A stretch of DNA of 64,000 nucleotides, from the NCBI GenBank assembly GCA_021781745.1, contig JAJXWH010000008.1:26781-90780 (forward strand), written 5' to 3'. Positions within the stretch are counted from its first letter, which is position 1; each line of letters begins with the position of its first letter. Below, piece after piece: positions 1 through 9,628 of this stretch. The position numbers and the translations under genes were made by a program. A model generated the notes under the pieces. That model was not told the DNA's origin and searched no databases. It saw only the letters and a list, made by a program, of their open reading frames with translations. This stretch comes from Bacillota bacterium (GTDB taxonomy: Bacteria > Bacillota > Clostridia > Clostridiales > Clostridiaceae).

Positions 1-214
1 TATTATTTAAATTTAATATATAAACCTGAAAATAGGGTTTCTACTGATTAAGCATAGATTGTTTAATATTTAAGTAGAAGCCTTATTTATATATCAACAT
101 ACTTATATAGGCGTGGAAGGAAATTAATAAAAATAATAGTAAATGACATCTCAAAATGATATAATTTTGAACAGGAGCTATTTGTATAATAATTTGTGAT
201 GGTTGGAGGGCATT

Positions 215-406
215 ATGGAAAAGAAACTTTACTTATCATCAACAGACAAAAAATTGGCTGGTGTATGTGGAGGATTTGCTGAATATTTTGGGATTGATTC
301 TACGTTGATTAGAATTGGTTATTTAGCTATGGTTATTTTAGCAGGAACAGGCGTACTTTTATATATAATCTGTGCTTTGGTCATACCTAAAAGACCAGAA
401 TATTAA
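215..406 (+). CDS. pspC: PspC domain membrane protein
   Basis: KKLYLSSTDKKLAGVCGGFAEYFGIDSTLIR is a typical PspC motif followed by one TM helix. ATG at 215 follows GGAGGG (205-210). Confidence 0.9.
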   Translation: MEKKLYLSSTDKKLAGVCGGFAEYFGIDSTLIRIGYLAMVILAGTGVLLYIICALVIPKRPEY

Positions 407-512
407 TAAATAAATAAGTTGATTTATTTAGGGTTACGTTTTATTTTTCTTAACTAAGCTGAAACTAAAAAATACAAAGCAATATGTTTATATAGAAAAC
501 AGGAGGGAACTA

Positions 513-824
513 ATGGAAAAGATTAGTGATTTAATCAATCAAAGCCCGGTACATATTACTACAAACACTATAGTATTAGCAGTAATAGCTATTGTTGGTT
601 TTTATATTTTAATGAAAGCTATAGCTGGTCTTATAAGAATAGCTGCACTTATAGGTGCTTGTTGGTTTATATTAATGTCTCTTCAGAGTACAAATCTTGT
701 TAATATACCGGTAATAAAAGAGGCTTATACAACAATAGAAAAAATTATCCCTGCAAAAGAATTGTGGACAGAAGCTGTGGATAAGGTTGGAAAAATAAAT
801 AAGGTTGTGGATGACTTAAAATAG
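513..824 (+). CDS. Hypothetical membrane protein (2 TM)
   Basis: 103-aa ORF with SD GGAGGG and two hydrophobic segments. Confidence 0.75.
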   Translation: MEKISDLINQSPVHITTNTIVLAVIAIVGFYILMKAIAGLIRIAALIGACWFILMSLQSTNLVNIPVIKEAYTTIEKIIPAKELWTEAVDKVGKINKVVDDLK

Positions 825-926
825 TGAGTTTTCTAAATGTACTTAACCTAAGAAGTGGAGAAAGAATACATAATTAAAATAATAAAGTACATAATAAACT
901 TAAAATTACATCTTTAAATAAAAAAG

Positions 927-950
927 CACGGGCAATATTTATTATGCCCG
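927..950 (+). terminator. Hairpin, probable terminator
   Basis: ACGGGCA-N10-TGCCCGT followed by an A/T-rich tail. Confidence 0.5.
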
Positions 951-969
951 TATTATTTATATATGAGGA

Positions 970-2040
970 GTGGAAAGTATGAAGGCTTCAATTCACAGAA
1001 TAGCTATTCCTTCAATCCTTGAAGTAGGAAAGGGAAATATTAAAAATGTAGGAAATTTAATTAAAAAGGGAATGTTTCAAAAAGTTTCAATATATTTTGG
1101 AGAAGGTATAGAAGAATTATTTGGAGCTTCCATACAAAATTCCTTAAAGGAAGCTAATATTCAAATTTCTAAAGTAGAAACTATATATGATATAGATTTT
1201 GAAGAAATAAGCACAAAAGCTTTTGAAATACCAAATGATGTAGAAGCATTAATTGGTGTTGGTGGAGGTAAGGCTATCGATGCAGTAAAATATATGAGCT
1301 TTTTAAAGAAAATGCCATTTATTAGCATTCCAACATCAACTTCTAATGATGGTTTCTCAAGTGCTGGTGCATCTCTTATAGTCAAAGGGAGACGAATGTC
1401 TCTTCCAGCAAAAACGCCTTATGGCATAATTATAGATATAGATGTAATAAAAGGGGCACCTGAAAAATTTATTTTCTCAGGAATAGGAGATTTGGTTTCA
1501 AATATTACTGCGCTATATGATTGGAAATTTGAAGAGGATAATGGTAGAGCAATTATTGATGATTTTGCGACTATGATCTCTAAGAAAGCAGTAAATAGTT
1601 TTGTACGAACTGAATTTAAAACTATTAAGGATGATTTGTTCTTAAAGGAACTTGTTGATTCATTAACTTTAAATGGAATATCTATGGAGATAGCAGGTAA
1701 CAGTTCTCCAGCTTCAGGTTCTGAACATTTAATTTCTCATGCCTTGGATAAATTCCTTGAAGTGCCTCAGCTTCATGGTATACAAGTTGGAATCGCAACT
1801 TATATTATGGCTAAGGTTCAAAATCATAGATTTAAAAGAATAACAAAAATATTAAAGGAAACAGGGTTCTTTGAATATGTTAAAACTTTAAATATGAAAA
1901 AAGAGGATTTTAAGAAGGCTATAGATATTGCACCTTCCATAAAACCCAATAGATATACATTTATTCATGTTGAAGAGAACAGGGCACTTGCTAAAGAAAT
2001 AATTGATAAAGATGAAATATTAAATTCTGTATTGATATAG
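970..2040 (+). CDS. Iron-containing alcohol dehydrogenase family protein, glycerol-1-phosphate dehydrogenase (EgsA/AraM)-like
   Basis: Motifs GVGGGKAIDAVK, PTSTSNDG, GSEHLISH, LHGIQVG. Confidence 0.85.
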   Translation: MESMKASIHRIAIPSILEVGKGNIKNVGNLIKKGMFQKVSIYFGEGIEELFGASIQNSLKEANIQISKVETIYDIDFEEISTKAFEIPNDVEALIGVGGGKAIDAVKYMSFLKKMPFISIPTSTSNDGFSSAGASLIVKGRRMSLPAKTPYGIIIDIDVIKGAPEKFIFSGIGDLVSNITALYDWKFEEDNGRAIIDDFATMISKKAVNSFVRTEFKTIKDDLFLKELVDSLTLNGISMEIAGNSSPASGSEHLISHALDKFLEVPQLHGIQVGIATYIMAKVQNHRFKRITKILKETGFFEYVKTLNMKKEDFKKAIDIAPSIKPNRYTFIHVEENRALAKEIIDKDEILNSVLI

Positions 2041-2044
2041 AGTG

Positions 2045-2082
2045 AAAGCACTTCCCATAGAATATATTGGAAGTGCTTTTTA
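2045..2082. terminator. Bidirectional terminator between convergent genes
   Basis: AAAGCACTTCC...GGAAGTGCTTT with T/A tracts. Confidence 0.75.
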
Positions 2083-2098
2083 TAAAAAAATAAATAAC

Positions 2099-3220
2099 TT
2101 ACTCATAAATAATAGTTTTATTTTTGACAGTTTTTTTTGCGGTATAAAGAGCCTTATCTGCATTAGTAAAAAGAGTTTCTTTAGAAATTCCTTTAGATAT
2201 CTCGCTTATTCCAATGCTTATACTAAATCTTTCAGAATTCATTTCATTAATAACTGTATTGTTAAAAGCTATTCTTATTGCTTCCATTTTCTCGAAGACT
2301 TTATTTTGATCTTTATCTGTGAAAATAATGGCAAATTCTTCACCGCCATATCTTGAAGCATAGTCATCTGTGCCTATACTACTTTTAATTATTTCAGAGA
2401 GAACAAGAATAACCTTATCGCCAAGACTATGGCCATAGGTATCATTTATTCTTTTAAAGTTATCAATATCAATTACAGCTAAACTTAATGGAAAGTTAAA
2501 GCTTTCGCTTTGGTCTATTAGTTGACCTAAATACTCATAGAAGGTTTTGTGATTATATAATCCTGTTACTGGTTCTATTTTTGAATTGAATTCCATTATA
2601 AAATTTTTAACCAATAAATCCTGTTCATTTTTGTATATATCAATAAAAGAATTTATAATTTCATTTGACCTATCAATAAAAGAATAAACAAGCAAGACTG
2701 ATGATATTATAAATGCTGTAGTAGTACAGATATCTGTAATATTATGGTTTGTGCTATCAATCGGTTTTGTTGGAAGGTAGAAAAATACTATTAATAAGTA
2801 TGATAGCAGATTTAGAATTAATGAAAAAAGGGTAATTTTTTTATTTCCATAGTAAACTGATAACATAATAGGAAAAATAAATAATACGTAAATAACCGAA
2901 ACTGCATAATGAACGTAAACTAAATTACAGACAAGCATTGTTCCAGCTATTATTATTAAGTATTTAGAAGCTTCTTTGTACCGTTCTTTAGTGAAACGAT
3001 ACAACAATTCAACTATAGAGAATAGTATTATGTTGAATAGCGTTGGTCTTAATACATAACTTTGATAATGAAAGAAATTCCCGTTACCGTTCTTGACTGA
3101 AACGGTAAAAAAAATAATGTTTTCAGTAATATTAGAGATTACAGCTATAATCCAATATGCTTTTAATATTTTTCTATTCCATTTTGTAAATTCAATTATA
3201 TCTAAACTATTCTGGTACAA
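2099..3220 (-). CDS. Membrane-bound GGDEF diguanylate cyclase
   Basis: Multi-TM N-terminus; DIDNFKRINDTYGHSLGD and RYGGEEF; no RxxD I-site. TTG start is uncertain. Confidence 0.9.
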   Translation of the reverse strand: MYQNSLDIIEFTKWNRKILKAYWIIAVISNITENIIFFTVSVKNGNGNFFHYQSYVLRPTLFNIILFSIVELLYRFTKERYKEASKYLIIIAGTMLVCNLVYVHYAVSVIYVLFIFPIMLSVYYGNKKITLFSLILNLLSYLLIVFFYLPTKPIDSTNHNITDICTTTAFIISSVLLVYSFIDRSNEIINSFIDIYKNEQDLLVKNFIMEFNSKIEPVTGLYNHKTFYEYLGQLIDQSESFNFPLSLAVIDIDNFKRINDTYGHSLGDKVILVLSEIIKSSIGTDDYASRYGGEEFAIIFTDKDQNKVFEKMEAIRIAFNNTVINEMNSERFSISIGISEISKGISKETLFTNADKALYTAKKTVKNKTIIYE

Positions 3221-3606
3221 TATTATTCAGCTCTTTTCTTCAGTTAATTTAAAAATATAGCGATAAGCTAGCTTTAACAAATTTTCAATCATAAAATCAT
3301 GTGCAATTTTAATTAACTAAGTTAAGTAAACTCATTATAGCAGATTTTGTTAATAAGATAAAGTTTATAAAGGCTAAAGCATCAATCTAATAGACACATA
3401 TAATATACTCTAAGTTTAAACTTAACTAAATTATGTTATTAGATTGTTCATTTTTAATTATCGAATAAATAGATTAATAAAATTAATTATTAAAATTAAG
3501 AGAATTAAGATAATTGGATTTATGCATAAAAAGTGGTATAATTAACCTTAATTTATTTATGAAAAATTTTAGATATTTTATATAAATACATATTTAAGAT
3601 AAGGGA

Positions 3607-4161
3607 GTGAACATATTGAATAACGCAGTTTATGAACTTCAGAAAAAATTAAAGGAATCGAACATTGAATTTATATTTTCAGGAACATTTTCTCAAGGAT
3701 TAATTGAAGAACTTGGTGTAGCGTTAAAACAAAGACTACAGCTTCAGCAAGTTGCAAAAAGTAAAATTAGTTCAGCTTTTTTCGCGTTTGTTGAGCAAAC
3801 TCAAAATATTAAACAATACGAAGTTTCAAAAGAAAACACAAAGGATTTTTCAGTTATTGCAGGATCAGCTGTAATTGCTATTTCCAAAATAAATTCTGGG
3901 TATAGTGTTTATTCTGGAAATGTTATATTAAACGAAGACATCACAAATTTAAAAGAGAAGTTAGATAAGATAATATCAATGGATAAAGATGAACTCAATA
4001 TTTATTTTAGGGAAGTTTCAAGACAGGAAATTGATATGAGTTGTGGTAGAGCAGGTCTTGGATTAATCCAGATTGCACGAAAATCAGCTGAAAAAATTGA
4101 CTACAAATTTGATAGAATAGATGACAGTTATTCTTACTATACATTAACTGTTACAGTGTGA
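3607..4161 (+). CDS. siaB: SiaB-family protein kinase
   Basis: FSGTFSQGLIEELG, FVEQTQNI and RAGLGLIQIARKS motifs; adjacent to siaC and siaA. Confidence 0.85.
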   Translation: MNILNNAVYELQKKLKESNIEFIFSGTFSQGLIEELGVALKQRLQLQQVAKSKISSAFFAFVEQTQNIKQYEVSKENTKDFSVIAGSAVIAISKINSGYSVYSGNVILNEDITNLKEKLDKIISMDKDELNIYFREVSRQEIDMSCGRAGLGLIQIARKSAEKIDYKFDRIDDSYSYYTLTVTV

Positions 4162-4170
4162 GGTTAGATT

Positions 4171-4554
4171 ATGAATAGTTTTGTTATTGAAAATACAAAG
4201 AGTACTCCGTATTTAGAGTTTATTAATGAAGATAAAAAGCTGATTTTAAAAGGTGAATCTTATCCAGAGAATTCCTATAATTTCTATGAACCTATTTACA
4301 GCTTAATAGATGAATATTTTAATAATTTTAATGAATTGACCATAGACTTTCAACTTTCTTATATAAATACCAGTAGCATAAAATGTTTAATTATTTTATT
4401 CGACAAACTTAATGAAAACTACAAAAATGGAAAAAGTGTCATTATAAACTGGTATTACGATGAAGACAATGGCTTTGACTATGATATGGGACAGGATTTT
4501 AGTATGGATATAGATGTGCCATTTAATTTTATTTCAATTAGTAATGAGGAATAG
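4171..4554 (+). CDS. siaC: SiaC-family (DUF1987) phosphoacceptor protein
   Basis: TKSTPY..LKGESYPEN..YINTSS..NWYY signature; Thr67 matches the position of the SiaC phospho-Thr. Confidence 0.88.
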   Translation: MNSFVIENTKSTPYLEFINEDKKLILKGESYPENSYNFYEPIYSLIDEYFNNFNELTIDFQLSYINTSSIKCLIILFDKLNENYKNGKSVIINWYYDEDNGFDYDMGQDFSMDIDVPFNFISISNEE

Positions 4555-4556
4555 CT

Positions 4557-6410
4557 GTGAAAGAAAATGGGAAATTTAAAAGCTATAATGAATCATATAT
4601 AAGAAATGTTTTTAGGATAATTTTTATAGCCAGTGCAATTATATCTTTTGCAGTGATAGCTACAGGATTATTAGGATATAACAGTACTAAAAAATCATTA
4701 ATAGATAAATTAAAGTCCCAGGACATGGTTTTTATAGTAAAATCTATGGCGGCAAAAATAGACAGTCGTATTAGTCGTGCCGTTGAAACATCTTCTATTT
4801 TTGCTAAAGATCCTTTAAATATTGAATGGATAAATAGTGAAGAAAAAGATAAGGAAGCAGGAAATTTAGTTTTAAATAAAATAGATAGTATTGCAAAATC
4901 ATATGATTACAGTAATTCTTTTATAGCAAGTATAAAGACAAGGCACTATTATTATAGAGAGAATTCAGGTGAAAATAATAAAGGCTTTGTGACATTATCA
5001 GAAAGTAATCCAGCAGATAGCTGGTTTGATGCAATGATAAAATCAAAAAAGGCCATAGAGCTTAATGTAGATTATAATAGGAATATGGATGATTATTTTC
5101 TTTTTGTAAATACAATTATGGGAAGCGTAGATAAACCAGTAGGAATAACTGGAGTCGGTTTAAGTCTTAATGAGATTACAAAGGAATTTAGAGATTTTAA
5201 AGTCGGAAATAAAAGCAATCTATGGATGGTAGATGATGAGGGCGTTATAAAATTATCTGATGCACGTGAAGATATAGGTAAAAATTATGAAGATTTCCTA
5301 CCAAAAGATGTGGTTAATGTGATTCGGAGTAAGCCTATGGAAGGTGAAGAAAATGTTAAGGTATCACAATATACTAATAGTAATAATGAAATTATAGATT
5401 ACGCGTATTGTAAATTAAGTTCAAGCGACTGGATTCTGTTTTATGAAATTCCGCGAACAGAAAATTTGTCTTTAATTGATACACTAAAAAATAATACAAT
5501 TCTTAATGTGATTTTAGTTTTAATATCATTCATGGTATTATTCTACGTTATTTCTAAGAAAATAGCTGATCCATATAAGCAAGCAATGCTAATTAATATG
5601 GAGCTTGAAGAGAAAGTTAATACAAGAACCCAAGAGTTAAAAGAATCTAATCAAAAAGTAAATGATAGCATAGAATATGCAAAAAGACTACAGGAATCAA
5701 TTTTACCATCTGAAGAAGATTTGAAAAGAGCATTTAAAGAAAATTTTGTTATTTGGAAACCTAAAGATACTGTTGGAGGAGATTTCTTCTGGCTGCAGGA
5801 AATTGATGATATGATTATCTTAGCCGTTGGAGATTGTACAGGTCACGGAGTTCCAGGTGCATTCATGACAATGACTGTAAATGCAATATTGCATAATATA
5901 GTAACAACAATAAGTAACGATGACCCAAGTATAATTATTAAAGAGCTGCATACACAGCTTAAGCAATCTCTAAATAAAAATTCAAATCCAAATAGTGTAG
6001 ATGATGGCTTGGATATTGCAATATTTTGTATAAAAAATAAATCAAAGTTACTGTACCTAGGTGCAAATATAGAATTATATGTTAAACGCGATAAAGAAGT
6101 TAAAATTATAAAGCCTCAGAGCAAAGGGGTTGGCTATAGTTATATTAAGTTAAAAGAGTCTTTAGATAATGATATTTTTGAAATTCAAGAGGATGATATA
6201 TTTATTGTCACTACTGATGGTTTTATACATCAAAATGGAGGTGCAAAGAATTATCCTTTTGGAAGAAAACGACTATATAATATGCTAAAAGAATGTTCCA
6301 CTGAGGATTTTAATTCTATGAAAGCTAATTTTGAAGCAACATTAGGATTATATATGAATAAAGAGCAACAAAGAGATGATATTACTGTATTTGCATTTAA
6401 AGTAAAATAA
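4557..6410 (+). CDS. siaA: SiaA-like Cache sensor / SpoIIE (PP2C) phosphatase
   Basis: TM - extracellular Cache-like domain - TM - coiled coil - PP2C motifs GDCTGHGVPGA, DDGLD, TTDG, QRDDIT. Confidence 0.85.
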   Translation: MKENGKFKSYNESYIRNVFRIIFIASAIISFAVIATGLLGYNSTKKSLIDKLKSQDMVFIVKSMAAKIDSRISRAVETSSIFAKDPLNIEWINSEEKDKEAGNLVLNKIDSIAKSYDYSNSFIASIKTRHYYYRENSGENNKGFVTLSESNPADSWFDAMIKSKKAIELNVDYNRNMDDYFLFVNTIMGSVDKPVGITGVGLSLNEITKEFRDFKVGNKSNLWMVDDEGVIKLSDAREDIGKNYEDFLPKDVVNVIRSKPMEGEENVKVSQYTNSNNEIIDYAYCKLSSSDWILFYEIPRTENLSLIDTLKNNTILNVILVLISFMVLFYVISKKIADPYKQAMLINMELEEKVNTRTQELKESNQKVNDSIEYAKRLQESILPSEEDLKRAFKENFVIWKPKDTVGGDFFWLQEIDDMIILAVGDCTGHGVPGAFMTMTVNAILHNIVTTISNDDPSIIIKELHTQLKQSLNKNSNPNSVDDGLDIAIFCIKNKSKLLYLGANIELYVKRDKEVKIIKPQSKGVGYSYIKLKESLDNDIFEIQEDDIFIVTTDGFIHQNGGAKNYPFGRKRLYNMLKECSTEDFNSMKANFEATLGLYMNKEQQRDDITVFAFKVK

Positions 6411-6482
6411 AGCACAATCAAGAAAATAATAAATTAGTATGCTATTTTCTTAATTGTGCTCAAGTTTGGGGTGATATATATT

Positions 6483-7232
6483 ATGGTATCAATTAAATCT
6501 GATTTTTTTGAAGTTGAAAAATCCTTATTAAGTGGTGCAAAAGAATTAATTAATAGTAATAAATATGATGAAGAGACTATATTAGAAAACTTTTCAATAA
6601 TTGTTGAGCAATTTGATAAGTTAATAAGAGATGTTGAGAAGATAATTAAAATAAGCGATGGGCAGCAAGAATATCTTCATAGAATACAAAATGACTTAAA
6701 AAAAGAAATTGAAGATAGAATTAGGGCAGAAGAGAAATTGAAATATTTTGCAGCAATAGATACACTTACGGGTTTTTATAATAGAGGAATGGGATTAACA
6801 CTGCTGGAAAATGAGATTAAAACAATACGAAGGAAAAAGGGCGTTTTTTCAATATGCTATATTGACCTTAATGGGCTAAAATATGTAAATGATAATTTTG
6901 GACACGCAGAGGGAGACGAACTTCTGGTAAATGCATGTGAATTTATAAAAGAAGGCGTAAGAGATAATGACATTTTATGCAGAGTAGGCGGCGATGAGTT
7001 TATAATTCTTTTACCGGAGCTTAAGCAAGAAGAAGTAGAAAAGATTATGGAGAAGATTATGATGAATATAGATATTGAAAATAAAAGTCAAATAAGACCT
7101 TATGATCTCTCTTTCAGCTATGGAATAGTTCAAGTCGAATGTAATAATTGCAGAACTATTGATGAGATTATTCAAATGGCAGATGCAAATATGTATGAGT
7201 ATAAGAAAAAGCATAAAAAATTAATGCAATAA
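6483..7232 (+). CDS. siaD: SiaD-like diguanylate cyclase
   Basis: N-terminal coiled coil plus GGDEF with RxxD I-site (RDND). ATG 6483 follows GGGGTGA. Confidence 0.85.
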   Translation: MVSIKSDFFEVEKSLLSGAKELINSNKYDEETILENFSIIVEQFDKLIRDVEKIIKISDGQQEYLHRIQNDLKKEIEDRIRAEEKLKYFAAIDTLTGFYNRGMGLTLLENEIKTIRRKKGVFSICYIDLNGLKYVNDNFGHAEGDELLVNACEFIKEGVRDNDILCRVGGDEFIILLPELKQEEVEKIMEKIMMNIDIENKSQIRPYDLSFSYGIVQVECNNCRTIDEIIQMADANMYEYKKKHKKLMQ

Positions 7233-7322
7233 ATGTTTGCCCTTAGACAGAATAAATATTTTCCCACTGGTAAAACTACTTATAAATATTGATTAAGTAC
7301 AAAGATATAGGAGGAAAATGTA

Positions 7323-7478
7323 ATGGAGAGACTGAAAAAAGGTGAGCATGAAAAAGCTATGGAGAAAGCAAAAGAAATGCTAGATAGAGGCTGTGGAATG
7401 GGTGAGATAGTAGAAAAAACTAACCTTAGTGAAGAAAATGTATTAAAAGCAAAAAGAAAATGGGAAGATCAATCTTAA
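7323..7478 (+). CDS. Small 51-aa helical/HTH-like protein, absent from the ORF track
   Basis: AGGAGG 8 nt before ATG; MERLKKGEHEKAMEKAKEMLDRGCGMGEIVEKTNLSEENVLKAKRKWEDQS. Confidence 0.8.
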   Translation: MERLKKGEHEKAMEKAKEMLDRGCGMGEIVEKTNLSEENVLKAKRKWEDQS

Positions 7479-7709
7479 AATATAAATGAGCTATGAAACA
7501 TAACTGCTATTAAGTTTTCTATAATGGACTTAATAGCAGTTGTTTTATAATTGAGTTCATACATTAGTGAGATTCTAGTTAGTTATTGAATAAGCAGAGT
7601 TTATGATTGAATATCTAAAATAAAAATGAAAAAACTTTTGAATATTTATGCAAAAAATATGAATATGTTGTATAATATAATTACAAATTGAGAAGCAGAG
7701 GAAAAGAAG

Positions 7710-8150
7710 ATGTGTAATATAACATATAAATATATAGACTATAAAAGCAAAGAATTCAATCAGGTAATAGATTTAAGATTTAATGTACTCTTTAAACCAT
7801 ATGGTAAAATAGCAAAATATAATTATGATGAATTAGATGATGTAAGCTTTCATTTAATTGCATTAAGTAATTATAAAGTCATAGGATACTCAAGAATGAC
7901 TAATGTTAATGGGAAAGGCAAAATTACGAATGTAGTTGTTGACCCTGAATATATAAAAAGGGGAATTGGACTAGAGATGTTAAAAAGGCATATTATTAAA
8001 GCCGAAATTAATGATATAAATTATTTATACTTAAATGCACGTTTAGATACAGTTAATTTTTACAACAAAGTAGGATTTGAGTGTAAAGGAAGTGTCTTTT
8101 TATCCGAAAAAAGCGGTTTGATGTTGCAAGAAATGTATTATACTTTATAA
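7710..8150 (+). CDS. GNAT family N-acetyltransferase (ElaA/YjcF-like)
   Basis: VVVDPEYIKRGIGLEML acetyl-CoA motif; LNARLDTVNFYNKVGF. Confidence 0.9.
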   Translation: MCNITYKYIDYKSKEFNQVIDLRFNVLFKPYGKIAKYNYDELDDVSFHLIALSNYKVIGYSRMTNVNGKGKITNVVVDPEYIKRGIGLEMLKRHIIKAEINDINYLYLNARLDTVNFYNKVGFECKGSVFLSEKSGLMLQEMYYTL

Positions 8151-8186
8151 ATTTCCAGGAATGAGTAAACATCGTATTAAAATATA

Positions 8187-8228
8187 AACTCAATGATACT
8201 AAGCATTAAAGTATTGTTGAGTTTTTTA
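8187..8228 (+). terminator. Intrinsic terminator after the GNAT gene
   Basis: AAACTCAATGATACT / AGTATTGTTGAGTTT followed by a T tract. Confidence 0.7.
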
Positions 8229-8473
8229 TTTAAATAATTACCTAACTCAAGTAAATAAAAAAGCATCTGGAAAAATAAGTAATTTTATGGTAAAATTATG
8301 GTGTCTGTATAAAATAAAAAAAGTTTGTATAAAATTTGTAATATAACAGTCAGTGGTTAAGAATAAAAAGATTAACTGAGTTAAATAAAAGTAAAGTTGA
8401 AAATTATAAGTCTTAGACGTGATTATATGAAAAGAGATGCACTTAAAATTAGTACAGATAAGGAGTAATGATA

Positions 8474-8845
8474 ATGAGTTTAGTGGTATCTATCATTTCA
8501 AAAGAAGACGATATCAATGTAGAGGAAATTCAAAATGAAATAGTATACCCTTACAGTGAACTATTTGGTTTTGAAAGCTGGAGATACGAGATTTGGGGAA
8601 ATAGTATAATTAAATTTTTAGGATGTGACATGCTATATTCACTAAATAGCAACAATATATATGTTTATGACGAGGATATTCAGAAGCTAAAGTTAGAATT
8701 AATTAAGATTAGTAATAATATTCAAATGATTGTTAATGCTACAAAAATAGATGAAAAGATAATTGAAGCACGGATAAATAATGCTTTGGAAGCAATAAGG
8801 ATATCTGAAAAGTATAAAGATAAAGTAGGTATTTCTATTAAATAA
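8474..8845 (+). CDS. Hypothetical protein
   Basis: ~123-aa ORF with SD AAGGAG 8 nt upstream; no recognised motif. Confidence 0.7.
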   Translation: MSLVVSIISKEDDINVEEIQNEIVYPYSELFGFESWRYEIWGNSIIKFLGCDMLYSLNSNNIYVYDEDIQKLKLELIKISNNIQMIVNATKIDEKIIEARINNALEAIRISEKYKDKVGISIK

Positions 8846-9260
8846 TCAAAACATTTTTACATTTGCTTTAAAAAAATAGTAGAGTTCTTTAAGTCTGAAA
8901 AATATTTATGACAATTTATTAAAGACGCATGTTTGTATTAGAACCAGTAATAACTGTGAATACAGAAGGGTTTAAAGTTGATATAGGGATAATTCTTGAG
9001 CATATAAAAAAGAAGATAGACTTGCTGGAAACATGGATGAAAGAATTTAATCAAGTCTCTTCAGTAGCGTGTTTAGGAGGTACGAATGTTGAATTATCCC
9101 ATATAGATATATATGATATATGTTGATATTTAAGAAGACATAGGTAGCAAAAAAGTCCAAGGTATATGAAGTAGATACTGAAGCCTAAGAATACTATTTT
9201 TTGAAATTTAGAGAGCGGATATTTAAAAATGTGAAAAAAGTGTTAATTTTATGTAAAACA

Positions 9261-9289
9261 TTGAATTTATTTCCTTATTATGCTATAAT
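9261..9289 (+). promoter_or_regulatory. SigA promoter with extended -10
   Basis: TTGAAT-17-TATAAT, preceded by TGn. Confidence 0.7.
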
Positions 9290-9342
9290 AAAACAGTCAA
9301 AATAATTGAATTAAGATGGTAGATTTCTTGGACTTTATGCTA

Positions 9343-9540
9343 TGGTGATGCGCCGTGGTGGAGATTTGTTAAATACACATCATCAGGTTGAGCGCAATTC
9401 ACTGCGCTTACCAATACTGTTCACTTTGTATTGGTGCTACGCTGAAGAGCCACAACCCAATAATAGAATAGTTAGCAAGAAATTTATCTAATATAAAATT
9501 AGGATTATCTCCAGTTCTATTTAAGGGGGTAATCTCTTTT
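9343..9540 (+). ncRNA. Candidate structured leader RNA/riboswitch with terminator
   Basis: GC-rich island with several perfect stems forming a multibranch junction, followed by a G-U-containing hairpin and U-tract. Confidence 0.6.
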
Positions 9541-9628
9541 GCTATAAAATATATATTTTTTATAAATCTAAACATGTATAGTGATAAAATATGTATTTTA
9601 ATCAAAAAATTAGAGAGGGATGTAATAC

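Noticed and set aside
3082-3111. TTACCGTT/AACGGTAA hairpin with an A-tract
   Set aside because: It lies inside the DGC coding region and is explained by codons; there is no independent support.
9355-9366. TCTCCACCA on the minus strand, resembling a tmRNA/tRNA 3' end or att site
   Set aside because: Only about 9 nt match, with no T-arm and no integrase nearby.
9378-9475. Hammerhead-like CUGAAGAG (+ strand) and CUGAUGA (- strand), and a tRNA-sized cloverleaf
   Set aside because: There is no properly closed stem II followed by GAAA, and the D/anticodon/T arm order and CCA geometry do not fit a tRNA.
9348-9491. 47-aa ORF (MRRGGDLL...) inside the structured leader
   Set aside because: No SD; the sequence is better explained by RNA base pairing.
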